Below are positions 8,462 through 17,402 of a stretch of 64,000 bases of DNA, piece by piece (the stretch's first letter is position 1; the number at the start of each line of letters is the position of its first letter). Source of the DNA: an uncultured bacterium. GTDB taxonomy: Bacteria; Krumholzibacteriota; Krumholzibacteriia; JACNKJ01. Below the pieces are notes generated by a model, which saw only the letters and a list, made by a program, of their open reading frames with translations, was not told the origin of the DNA and made no database searches. Made by a program: the position numbers and the translations under genes. The DNA lies in contig CAYFNT010000011.1 in the NCBI GenBank assembly GCA_964344565.1, forward strand, positions 5,622 through 69,621, in the 5' to 3' direction.

Positions 8462-9670
8462 AGCAAGATCCACTTCTCGCTGCACCTCGTTGGGGATGTA
8501 CTCCTCGAGATGCTTCAGATCCCGCGCTCCCTTGAGCACGTGGCGGGCGGTGACCATGCGCTGCACCTGGTTGGTGCCCTCGTAGATCTGGGTGATCTTC
8601 GCGTCGCGCATGTACTTCTCGATGGGATAGTCCTTCATGAAGCCGTAGCCGCCGAAGATCTGCACCGCGTCGGTGCTCACGCTCATGGCCGTGTCGGTGG
8701 CGAAGAGCTTGGCCTGGGCGGCCAGCTTGCTGATGTTGCTCGCGCCCATGTCGATGTTGCGGGCCGCGGCGTAGACCAGGTAGCGGGCCGCCTCCACCCG
8801 GGCGCTCATGTCGGCGAGCATGCCCTGGATCATCTGGAAGCTGCCGATGCTCTGGCCGAACTGCTTGCGCCGGTTGGCGTAGACCGCGGCGTAGTCCAGA
8901 GCGCCCTGGGCGAGCCCGACGCCCTGGCCGGCCACGCCGGGACGGGCGCGGTCGAGGGTCATCATGGCCTGCTTGAATCCCTGGCCCGTCTTGCCGCCGA
9001 GAAGGCGATCCTCGGGCACCTCGCAATTCTCGAAGTCGAGTTCCACCACGGGCACCGCCCGGATGCCCATCTTATCCTCGATCTTGGCGATGGAGAATCC
9101 GGGATCGCCCTTCTCCACGATGAAGCCCGAGATGCGCGAGCGCTGGCTCTCCGGGTCGGTCACCGCGTAGACCGTGTAGATCTCGGCGATACCTCCGTTG
9201 GTGGTCCACTTTTTCTCACCGTTGATGGTCCAGCCGCCGGCGCTCTTCTCGGCCCGCGTGCGGAGACTGCCCGCGTCACTTCCAGCGAACTTCTCGCTGA
9301 GCCCGAAGGCGATGAGCTTCTCGCCACGGGCGATCTGCGGCAGGTAGTGCTTCTTCTGCTCCTCCGTGCCCGAGAGGATGATGGGGAAGCTGCCCAGGGC
9401 GTTCACCGCGAAGGCCACGCCGATGCCGCCGCAGGCCTTGCTGAGCTCTTCGGTGACCAGGCAGAGATCCAGTACGCCGGCGCCCTCGCCGCCGTATTCC
9501 TTGGGGATCCAGACGCCCAGGAGTCCGGCCTCGGCCATGGCGTCCTTCACCTCCCAGGGATACTCCTGCATCTCGTCGTACTTCGCGGCCAGGGGCCTGA
9601 CCACCTTCTCGGCGATCTCGCGGGCCTTGTCTCTCCACTTCAGGTTCTCTTCGGTAAGGAAGGGCGTCAT
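8453..9670 (-). CDS. Acyl-CoA dehydrogenase
   Basis: 405 aa. ...EYGGEG...GSDAGSL...KKWTTNG...YEGTNQVQRMVTAR is canonical ACAD. Carries a ~25-aa C-terminal tail that ends inside the heptamer array. Confidence 0.9.
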   Translation of the reverse strand: MTPFLTEENLKWRDKAREIAEKVVRPLAAKYDEMQEYPWEVKDAMAEAGLLGVWIPKEYGGEGAGVLDLCLVTEELSKACGGIGVAFAVNALGSFPIILSGTEEQKKHYLPQIARGEKLIAFGLSEKFAGSDAGSLRTRAEKSAGGWTINGEKKWTTNGGIAEIYTVYAVTDPESQRSRISGFIVEKGDPGFSIAKIEDKMGIRAVPVVELDFENCEVPEDRLLGGKTGQGFKQAMMTLDRARPGVAGQGVGLAQGALDYAAVYANRRKQFGQSIGSFQMIQGMLADMSARVEAARYLVYAAARNIDMGASNISKLAAQAKLFATDTAMSVSTDAVQIFGGYGFMKDYPIEKYMRDAKITQIYEGTNQVQRMVTARHVLKGARDLKHLEEYIPNEVQREVDLAEL

Positions 9671-9754
9671 TTCGGACTCCTAGGGCAATGTGGGAAAGAG
9701 GATAGTCCGGGCCAGTATAGCAATTTGTCCCCGCAGGTAAAGGGCTGCGAGTAC

Positions 9755-9784
9755 TTGGGCCGGATGCTCGGAATCTGGTATAAT
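9755..9784 (+). promoter_or_regulatory. Sigma-70-like promoter with extended -10 (TTGGGC-N18-TGgTATAAT) upstream of the C25 peptidase gene
   Basis: tggtataat at 9776-9784, about 55 nt upstream of ATG 9840. Confidence 0.5.
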
Positions 9785-9839
9785 TAACGACCTTCACGCC
9801 GCTCGGGCGGCCTCGTTCCCATCCTTCTCGGAGGCCTTC

Positions 9840-12800
9840 ATGCGATCGTCGATTACCCTGATTCTGACCCTGATATCCCTTTGCCTTTTCACACTCGGCG
9901 CGGCCGCCGAAGTGCAGCTCCACCGGCTCGACCTCGAGGGCGGAGCCGCCGCGACGAAGCCGGAGTTCCGCATCCTGTCCCAGGACGAAAGCGGAGTGCG
10001 GCTGTCCTTCGTGCTCGACGCGCTCAACCTCGAGAAGTTCGAGGCGGACGGCGAGCTCTTCGATGCGCTCAGCATTCCCGGAGGCGGGATGCGCGGTGCG
10101 GACGGACACCCCGGCCTGCCGGTGATCAGCAAGCTCATCGCGCTTCCCGCGGGATCGAGCGCCAGGGTGAAGGTGCTGTCCCGAGAGGAGCAGGTGCTTC
10201 CCGACCTGAGGCTCTTCCCCGTGCAGCCCGACGGCGCCGAGCGTTTCGTCATGGACGAGGGCGCCTATCTGACCCCGAGCCTCGACGCCGCTCCCGACGT
10301 GGAGATCGGCGAGCCCGGCATGATGCGCGAATTGAGCGTGTCGGCCCTGCGCGTGAATCCGGTGCGATACGATCCGGTGAGCCGGGAAGCGCGCGTGGCC
10401 ACCAGCATGGAGATCGAGATCGAGTTCGCGAGCGAAGCCGTCGAGGCGGCGGAGTTCATCCCCGAGTCCTTCCACCTGCTCTACAAGGACATGGTCCTCA
10501 ACTACGAGGACTCCGGCTACTACCGCGAAGGCGTCACCGAGGTCGGCCCCGGCACCTACCTGCTCATCTACGACAACACCGCCGGTGTTCTGACCCGCTT
10601 GGCTCCGCTTATCGAATGGCGTGAGAAGCAGGGCTACAAGGTGGTGGCGGTGTCCACCGACGAAACCGGCGGCAACAACTGGCAGGTAGAAGACTACATC
10701 GACGATTTCTACGCTACCGCCGATCCTCCCCTCGAACATATCACATTGGTCGGCGACGCCAGCGGCTACATCACCGTTCCCTGCTTCTTCGAGAGCGTCT
10801 CCGGTTACGGCGGCGAAGGCGACCACTACTACTCGACCATCGTGGGCGGCGACGTGCTGTCGGACGTGCACATCGGACGCCTCTCGGTGACCAGCACCAC
10901 CGAGCTGGAGGACGTGGTCAGCAAGCTCGTCACCTACGAGACCAGTCCTCCGATCTCCGATCCCGGCTGGTTCACCCGCGCGGGCCTCACGGGCGATCCG
11001 TCCAGCTCCGGCATCACGACCATCTACGTGAACCAGTGGCTCAAGGAGCAGCTGCTCCAGCACAACTACACCCAGGTCGACACCATCTGGGGCGGCAACT
11101 TCCTGAGCGCCATGACCGCCAGCCTCAACCAGGGCCTGAGCGTCTTCGGCTATCGCGGATACTGGCACATGAGCGGCATGAGCTCGGCCCACATCATGGC
11201 CCTGGGCAACCAGAAGGAACTGCCCTTCGCCATCATCGTGACCTGCGACACGGGCAGCTTCGCCAGCGACGCCAACTGCCGCTCCGAGGCCTTCTTCCGC
11301 GCGCCCAACGGCGGCGGCGTGGCCTCGGTGGGCACGGCCACCATCGGCACCCACACCCGCTACAACAACTGCTACTACATGGGCGTCTGGCACGGCGCCA
11401 TCAACGGCGAGGACCACCGAACCGGTTCGGCCCACACCCGCGGCAAGTACGAGCTCTATCACAACTATCAGATCTCGCAGCCGAACACGGTGGAGGTCTG
11501 GTCCATGTGGAACAACCTCATGGGCGACCCGGTCACCCAGCTCTGGTCCGCCTATCCCGAGGACCTCACCGTGGTGCACCCGGCGAGTCTCCCCACCGGC
11601 GTGGGTTCGGTGCCCGTGACCGTGAGCAATCCCGGCGGCCCTCTGGAAGGCGCTCGCGTGGCGCTCTTCAAGGACGGCGACATCCGAGTGACCGGCTACA
11701 CCGACGCGGCGGGACAGGTGAACCTGCCCATCGAGGCCGCCGGTTCGGGAACCCTCTACGTGACGGTCATGTCCCACAATCACATGCCCTACCTGGGCTC
11801 CCTTTCCCTGGGCAGCGTGAGCGCCTACGCGGCGGCGGAGAACCAGCTCATCGACGACGACATGAGCGGCGACAGCCAGGGCAATGGGGACAATCGCGTG
11901 AATCCCGGTGAGGCCATCGAGCTTTCCATCTCACTGCGCAATCTGGGGACCAGCACCGCCAACAACGTGAGCGCGACCCTGTCCAGCAACGATCCCTACG
12001 TCACGGTGGTGGACGACACGGAGACCTACGGCAACATCGCCTCCGGCGCCGAAGTCTGGTGCGCCGAGGACTTCGACGTGTTCATCGCCAACGACGCTCC
12101 CGGCGGATACGCCATCGAGCTGGATCTGACCGCGAGCGACGGCTTCCAGTCCTGGACCTCGCTGGTCGAACTCGACGTGCAGAGCGCGGCCTTCACCTAC
12201 GAGGACTTCACCTTCGCCGGCGGCAATCCCGAACCCGGCGAATCCGGCACCCTGAGCGTGCAGATCCGCAACGACGGAAACATCTCCGGGACGGCCATCA
12301 GCGCGGAACTGAGCAGCGTCAGCCCCTGGATCGTCATCAACGATCCGAGCGGCGGTTTCGGCAGCCTGCCCATAGGGGGCTCGGGCGAAAACACCTCCGA
12401 TCCCTTCAGCATCACGGTGACTTCCGATTGCGTTCCCGGCCATCAGGCCGCCTTCGCCATGGAGCTCACCTTCAACGACGGCGCCACCGATGTGGTGAAC
12501 TTCTCCTTCACCGTGGGATCGGCCGGCGCGGGCGATCCCACCGGCCCGGACAGCTACGGATACTACGCGGTGGACAACACCGACACGGGCTACGAATACG
12601 CGCCGGTCTACGACTGGGTGGAGGTCAATCCCAACCAGGGCGGGCCGGGCACGGATCTCGGACTGGGCGACTTCGGCTGGGAGCAGGACGACACCAGGAC
12701 CGTCGATCTGCCCTTCGAGTTCAGCTACTACGGCGAGCCCTACGACAAGATCAGCATCTGCTCCAACGGCTGGGTCGCCATGGGCGAGACCGAGATGAAC

Positions 12801-14543
12801 TTCTACCGCAACTGGAACCTGCCCTGCGCGGGCGGCGCGGACAATCTCATCGCGGTCTTTTGGGACGACCTCTATCAGCAGGCTTCGAACATCGTGAGCA
12901 GCTGGTACGACGAGGCCAACCACCGCTACATCATCCAGTGGGACAACCTGAAGAACCGCGCCACCAGCGCCTTCCAGGACTTCGAGCTGATTCTCCTGGA
13001 CCCGGCCTATCACCCGACGAGCACGGGCGACGGCATCCTGCTCATGCAGTACAAGACCGTGAACAACACCGACAGCACCAACGGCTACGGCACGGTGGGC
13101 ATCCAGAACAAGGACAGGACCGACGGTCTGACCTACACTTACTGGAACTCCTATCCGAGCAGCGCCGCCACACTGACCACCGGCCGGGCCATCGCCTTCA
13201 TGCCGGTGGCCTCGGTGCCTCTGCCCGCCTGCGTCGTGACGCCCGAGTCCATCTCGAAGATCCTGCCCCCGGACGGCACGAGCCTCGAGATGCTGCACGT
13301 GAGTAACCAGGGCGAAGAGGGTTCGGTGCTGAACTACAGCCTCGAGATCATCGATCCGAATCTGCCGCGCAGCGTGGCGGGCTCCTGGCTCTCGCTGGAT
13401 CCGTCCACCTACGTGGTGGGCTCCACGGTGGACTTCGGAGTCACCGTCTACAACGCCAGCACCGACGTGGAATGGCTCAGCGAAGTCACCCTCGACTTCC
13501 CGCCCGGGGCCGTGGTCAACAGCGGCACCGATCTCGTCGGTCCGAGCGGCAGCCTCTCCTTCAGCGGAACCGGCGACGGCGCGATGATCACCTGGTTCGA
13601 TCCGGACGGCGGATGGGGGAACATCTACGACGGCGAGACCGCCACTGCGAGCATCAACGTGAGCTTCCCCGACGTGAGCGGCGACCTGCCCCTCACCTAC
13701 GGAATCCAGGGCGACATCTACGGCGACGATCCCCACTACATCGAGGACGTCTTCACCCTCGTCATGGACGGTCCCGCGGTCCACGTGCTCGCGCCCAACG
13801 GCGGCGAAGTCTGGACCGTCGGCGAGCAGCAGACCATCAGCTTTAGCGCCGGCGGCGGATCGGGTCTGGTGGACATCTACCTGCGCCGCGGAATCCTGGG
13901 CAACTGGGAGCTTCTCGCCAGCGACGTGGACGCGGGTTCGGGCAGCTTCCAGTGGAACGTCGACGCGCCCGGCAACATGAACTGCAAGGTGAAGGTGGCC
14001 GACAGCGGCGATCCCTCGGTCTTCGACGAGAGTGACGACTTCTTCACCATCCAGAACTCGCTGGACTGGATCTCCCTGGACATCACCGAGGGGCAGCTCC
14101 AGGCCGGCGAGACCGACGACATCCGCGTGACCCTCGACGCCACCGACATGGTGGAGGGCACCTACGAGGCGGAGGTACTCGTGGTGAACAACGCGGGGCC
14201 CTCCATCGCGGTGCCGGTGACCCTCATCGTCAACGAGACGGGCACCGAGGTGGAAGTGGTTCCGGCCAGCGTCTTCCTCTCGAGGAACCATCCCAACCCA
14301 TTCAACCCGAAGACCTCGATCAGCTTCGGTCTGCCCGAGTCGAAGAACGCGCGGCTGGCCGTCTACGATCCTGCGGGACGTCTGGTGCGCATGCTCGTGA
14401 ACGGTCCTCTGGCCGAGGGCATCCATGCCTACGAGTGGGACGGCCGGGACGAGTCCGGTGAAGCGGTGGCCTCGGGCGTCTACTTCGCCAAGCTGAACGC
14501 CGGCGAGATCAAACTGCATCAGAAAATGGTGCTCTTGAAATAG
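9840..14543 (+). CDS. Secreted multidomain gingipain-like cysteine peptidase (C25 family) with Ig-like/CARDB-type middle region and T9SS/FlgD-Ig-like C-terminal sorting domain
   Basis: 1567 aa. Signal peptide MRSSITLILTLISLCLFTLGAAA. C25 propeptide and catalytic region (YLLIYDNT..., ITLVGDASGY..., HIGRLSV..., FAIIVTCDTGSF). C-terminus HPNPFNPKTSISFGLPESKNARLAVYDPAGRLVRMLV...YEWDGRDESGEAVASGVYFAKL. Confidence 0.85.
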   Translation: MRSSITLILTLISLCLFTLGAAAEVQLHRLDLEGGAAATKPEFRILSQDESGVRLSFVLDALNLEKFEADGELFDALSIPGGGMRGADGHPGLPVISKLIALPAGSSARVKVLSREEQVLPDLRLFPVQPDGAERFVMDEGAYLTPSLDAAPDVEIGEPGMMRELSVSALRVNPVRYDPVSREARVATSMEIEIEFASEAVEAAEFIPESFHLLYKDMVLNYEDSGYYREGVTEVGPGTYLLIYDNTAGVLTRLAPLIEWREKQGYKVVAVSTDETGGNNWQVEDYIDDFYATADPPLEHITLVGDASGYITVPCFFESVSGYGGEGDHYYSTIVGGDVLSDVHIGRLSVTSTTELEDVVSKLVTYETSPPISDPGWFTRAGLTGDPSSSGITTIYVNQWLKEQLLQHNYTQVDTIWGGNFLSAMTASLNQGLSVFGYRGYWHMSGMSSAHIMALGNQKELPFAIIVTCDTGSFASDANCRSEAFFRAPNGGGVASVGTATIGTHTRYNNCYYMGVWHGAINGEDHRTGSAHTRGKYELYHNYQISQPNTVEVWSMWNNLMGDPVTQLWSAYPEDLTVVHPASLPTGVGSVPVTVSNPGGPLEGARVALFKDGDIRVTGYTDAAGQVNLPIEAAGSGTLYVTVMSHNHMPYLGSLSLGSVSAYAAAENQLIDDDMSGDSQGNGDNRVNPGEAIELSISLRNLGTSTANNVSATLSSNDPYVTVVDDTETYGNIASGAEVWCAEDFDVFIANDAPGGYAIELDLTASDGFQSWTSLVELDVQSAAFTYEDFTFAGGNPEPGESGTLSVQIRNDGNISGTAISAELSSVSPWIVINDPSGGFGSLPIGGSGENTSDPFSITVTSDCVPGHQAAFAMELTFNDGATDVVNFSFTVGSAGAGDPTGPDSYGYYAVDNTDTGYEYAPVYDWVEVNPNQGGPGTDLGLGDFGWEQDDTRTVDLPFEFSYYGEPYDKISICSNGWVAMGETEMNFYRNWNLPCAGGADNLIAVFWDDLYQQASNIVSSWYDEANHRYIIQWDNLKNRATSAFQDFELILLDPAYHPTSTGDGILLMQYKTVNNTDSTNGYGTVGIQNKDRTDGLTYTYWNSYPSSAATLTTGRAIAFMPVASVPLPACVVTPESISKILPPDGTSLEMLHVSNQGEEGSVLNYSLEIIDPNLPRSVAGSWLSLDPSTYVVGSTVDFGVTVYNASTDVEWLSEVTLDFPPGAVVNSGTDLVGPSGSLSFSGTGDGAMITWFDPDGGWGNIYDGETATASINVSFPDVSGDLPLTYGIQGDIYGDDPHYIEDVFTLVMDGPAVHVLAPNGGEVWTVGEQQTISFSAGGGSGLVDIYLRRGILGNWELLASDVDAGSGSFQWNVDAPGNMNCKVKVADSGDPSVFDESDDFFTIQNSLDWISLDITEGQLQAGETDDIRVTLDATDMVEGTYEAEVLVVNNAGPSIAVPVTLIVNETGTEVEVVPASVFLSRNHPNPFNPKTSISFGLPESKNARLAVYDPAGRLVRMLVNGPLAEGIHAYEWDGRDESGEAVASGVYFAKLNAGEIKLHQKMVLLK

Positions 14544-14548
14544 AGGTT

Positions 14549-14571
14549 GGGGAGGGATGAGCTCCCTCCCC
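14549..14571. repeat. Perfect palindrome GGGGAGGGA-tgagc-TCCCTCCCC (copy 1 of a twin hairpin element)
   Basis: Read from sequence. Sits 6 nt after the peptidase stop. Confidence 0.8.
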
Positions 14572-14593
14572 TCCTTCCGCTTCGAAAGTCAGT

Positions 14594-14630
14594 CGGGGAG
14601 GGACTCATCCCTCCCCGATCTCTATTTTCA
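14594..14630 (+). terminator. Rho-independent terminator: CGGGGAGGGA-ctca-TCCCTCCCCG followed by a U-rich tract (atctctattttc)
   Basis: Second copy of the same palindrome, followed by a T-run. Terminates the peptidase transcript. Confidence 0.6.
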
Positions 14631-14768
14631 CGCATACGACAGCACTTGGTCACGTCAATGACACCTGCAGAAGTTTAAACTTCAACGATCTCCGTCACGG
14701 TCGGCGCGGTCGGGTGTAAGCTTAGGGACAGCCGGTCAATGTTGAATTCGCCAGTGGGAGGGCGCGAG

Positions 14769-16064
14769 ATGAAGCCGATGCGACTGATCAAAGCGGGAAT
14801 CTGCCTGATGCTGCTGATCGCCGGAAACGCACTCGCCCAGGGAGCGCCCGACATCATCTGGCAAAGGGACGATCACAGCGCCAGCGTGCGGGGCGTGGCC
14901 TTCACCTCGGATGACCAGCATGTCATCTCGGGAGCGGACCTCGGCGATAGCACATTCCGGCTCTGGGCCGCGGGCGACGGCGCTCCCGCCGGCGAGTTCT
15001 CGCTGGCGCCCCACGCGGTCATCTCGGTCGCCCACGTTCCCGGCAGCGATTGGGTGGCCGTGGGATACATCGTGTCCGGATATCCCCCGGGCGGCGTGTC
15101 GGCGGTCTGGGATCTGGAGACCGGCCAGGAGCGATTCACTTCGGGCGGCTGCTTCGTGGACGTATCCGCCGACGGAATGCTGCTAGCCTCGGGCGGCGGC
15201 GGAGTGAACCGCTACGTTTCCATCTGCCGCCTGTCCGACGGCCAGGAACTCCATTCCATCTACACCGGCGCCTACATCCACGACCTGGCCTTCGCGCCCG
15301 ACGGCAGCATGGTGGCGACGGCCGGGGGCGACAATGCCGTGAAGTTCTGGGACGTCGAAAGCGGAACCCTGATTCGAAGCATCTCGGCTCACGACGATGA
15401 CGTCAGCGCCCTGGCCTTCTCTTCCGACGGTGCCATTCTGGCCAGCGGCGCGGGGGGCTGGGACGGCAGCGACGATTCCTCCATCAAACTCTGGAACGTG
15501 GCCGAGGGCACCCTGATCGACACCTTCGAAGGCCACGGCGATTGGGTCTATGCTCTCGACTTCTCCCCCGACGGAGGCATCCTGCTGTCCTCGGGGCGCG
15601 ACGGTTCCCAGGGCGACATCAGGTTTTGGAGCGTCGCTAGCGGCGAACTGATGCGCTGGTACTCGGCCTCCGCCTACGATCTAGAATTCTCCTCGGACGG
15701 TTCGACATTCGCCTACGGCAGCGCCTTCAGCGAGGTGGTCCTCGCCGCCAATCCGCTGATGCCGACCTCGGCGGCGGACTTCCTGCCAAGCTCCCTCGCC
15801 CTGCGGGCCTCGCCCAATCCCATGCGCGGCAGCACGCGGCTGAACTTCAACCTGCCCACGGCCTCGGCCTTGCGATTGAGCATCCACGATGTGAGCGGCC
15901 GCAAAGTTGCGGAGCTGTTCGATGGTCGCCGCGAGGTTGGAGATCATCATCTAGATTGGGACGGCCGCGACGCCGCCGGCCGTGTCCTGGTTCCCGGTGT
16001 CTACTTCGCGCGCCTGTTCGACGGTCGCTCGGTGACTTCGAGCAAACTGGTCCTGTTGCGATAA
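14769..16064 (+). CDS. Secreted WD40/beta-propeller repeat protein with T9SS/FlgD-Ig-like C-terminal sorting domain
   Basis: Start at MKPMRLIKAGICLMLLIAGNALA. Repeated ...DxxVxxxAFSxDGxxLASG... WD-like units. C-terminus ASPNPMRGSTRLNFNLP...SIHDVSGRKVAELFDG...WDGRDAAGRVLVPGVYFARL. Confidence 0.8.
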   Translation: MKPMRLIKAGICLMLLIAGNALAQGAPDIIWQRDDHSASVRGVAFTSDDQHVISGADLGDSTFRLWAAGDGAPAGEFSLAPHAVISVAHVPGSDWVAVGYIVSGYPPGGVSAVWDLETGQERFTSGGCFVDVSADGMLLASGGGGVNRYVSICRLSDGQELHSIYTGAYIHDLAFAPDGSMVATAGGDNAVKFWDVESGTLIRSISAHDDDVSALAFSSDGAILASGAGGWDGSDDSSIKLWNVAEGTLIDTFEGHGDWVYALDFSPDGGILLSSGRDGSQGDIRFWSVASGELMRWYSASAYDLEFSSDGSTFAYGSAFSEVVLAANPLMPTSAADFLPSSLALRASPNPMRGSTRLNFNLPTASALRLSIHDVSGRKVAELFDGRREVGDHHLDWDGRDAAGRVLVPGVYFARLFDGRSVTSSKLVLLR

Positions 16065-16090
16065 ACTTTCGGGACAGGCCTGAAAGAAAA

Positions 16091-16112
16091 CCCCCGGCCC
16101 TCGCCGGGGGAT
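16091..16112. terminator. Bidirectional hairpin terminator CCCCCGGC-cctc-GCCGGGGG flanked by an A-run and a T-rich tract
   Basis: Lies between convergent genes, immediately before the heptamer array. Confidence 0.5.
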
Positions 16113-16115
16113 TAT

Positions 16116-16220
16116 CTGGTGACTGGAGACTGGTGACTGGAGACTGGCGACTGGAGACTGTCGCCTGGCGACTGGCGACTGGTGACTGGAGACTGGCGAC
16201 TGGAGACTGTCGCCTGTCGC
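16116..16220. repeat. 15-unit heptamer tandem array, GACTGGN family, with a duplicated 35-bp higher-order block
   Basis: gactgga gactggt gactgga gactggc gactgga gactgtc gcctggc gactggc gactggt gactgga gactggc gactgga gactgtc gcctgtc. Ends exactly at the stop codon (16221-16223) of the minus-strand gene. Confidence 0.9.
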
Positions 16221-17327
16221 CTATTCCCCCAACAGCGCCCGCCTGATCGACCCGTCCAGCATGCCCGGCATGGATGCGTACTTCATGAAGGCGCCCTTGC
16301 CCGCGTCCCAGAAAAACTGGTCCATGCGGAACATCTCCTTGGCGCTGCGCACCTGGATCTCGTCGCCGTCCAGGTAGATGAGCACCTCGATGGGAAAGGC
16401 GCAGACGTGATCGAGGCCCGGCGAGCGCCAGTCGCCCTCGGCGCGCTTCATGCCGGCGATGTGCATGGCTAGGGCTTCGGTGCGCGGCCGCGTGATGCCC
16501 AGCAGGATGGCCTTGCCCGGCACCTCCTTGCGCGCGGCGAGCTTCCACTTGAGATCCGCGTCAGGATCGGGAGTCCAGCGGTATTTCAGATCCTTTCCAT
16601 CGGGAGTGAAGGCCGCCAGGTTCGCGGTGATGCGATCGGCCAGCGCGTTCATCTGCAGGGTGGCGTCGTCCACGACGGCTTCGGAATGGAGGAGGGGGAA
16701 CTGACCCTCGCTGCGGAAGTAGGTCATGGGTCCGACCATCATGAACATGTCCTTCTTGCCTTCGCGCAGACGGTCCCGATCGCGAAGGGGAGGCATGGGC
16801 TCGTTCGCGGTGGGCTTGCCGAATGCGCTGCTTACCCGGTCCCGAATCCTTCCGGCCAGGGCCGCGGCCTGGCCCGCCATGGCGGCGTAGAGGGTCTCGT
16901 CCTCCAGATCGTTGCCCACGATACGGGCCAGTGTTTCCGGCTGCAGCATGGTGATCCGGAGGCCCCCCGGTTCCTCGCTCAGACCCAGGCGCATCATGCC
17001 GGCGGCCGCGTACTTGGGATGCAGATCCGCGAGAGCGTTCAGGTAGGCTTCGTCGATGAAGACGATCAGATAGCCGCGCCGGCCGTCCCGATCGCCTGCG
17101 TCCTCCCGCACGTGGTCGGGGGGCGTCACCGGCCCCCGATGGAGGAGTTCGAATCCCTCGTCGTACTCCAAGGCTTCGCTGAGGGTCAGCACGGCCGCTT
17201 CCAGGGTCATGCCCTCCGGAGCGAAGCCGAGATTCTCGTAGATGCCGTAGAGAGGCCCGTCCGCCAGGGCGGCGAAAGCGAAAATCATGAAAACCATGGC
17301 GAGGCGCACGATCATGATGTCCTCCAT
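16221..17327 (-). CDS. Hypothetical secreted protein
   Basis: 368 aa. N-terminal signal peptide (MIVRLAMVFMIFAFAALA). Coding-like composition; no family recognised. Confidence 0.6.
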   Translation of the reverse strand: MEDIMIVRLAMVFMIFAFAALADGPLYGIYENLGFAPEGMTLEAAVLTLSEALEYDEGFELLHRGPVTPPDHVREDAGDRDGRRGYLIVFIDEAYLNALADLHPKYAAAGMMRLGLSEEPGGLRITMLQPETLARIVGNDLEDETLYAAMAGQAAALAGRIRDRVSSAFGKPTANEPMPPLRDRDRLREGKKDMFMMVGPMTYFRSEGQFPLLHSEAVVDDATLQMNALADRITANLAAFTPDGKDLKYRWTPDPDADLKWKLAARKEVPGKAILLGITRPRTEALAMHIAGMKRAEGDWRSPGLDHVCAFPIEVLIYLDGDEIQVRSAKEMFRMDQFFWDAGKGAFMKYASMPGMLDGSIRRALLGE

Positions 17328-17402
17328 TCAGGGGATGGTTGATGGGAGCGAGTATTGGCGATCTGAATATCCTCTAGCAAATCGTTTCGTTTTCCGCGAA
17401 CT

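Noticed and set aside
9276-14519. Long minus-strand ORFs 9276..11783 (835 aa) and 11931..14519 (862 aa)
   Set aside because: Low-complexity R/G/A/V-rich antisense frames of the 1567-aa C25 peptidase gene; no domain signatures.
15956-16246. 96-aa ORF encoding TGDWRLETGDWRLATGDW peptide repeats (also 16182..16472)
   Set aside because: It is the translation of the heptamer DNA array (7 nt x3 = 21-nt pseudo-periodicity); composition and context argue against coding.
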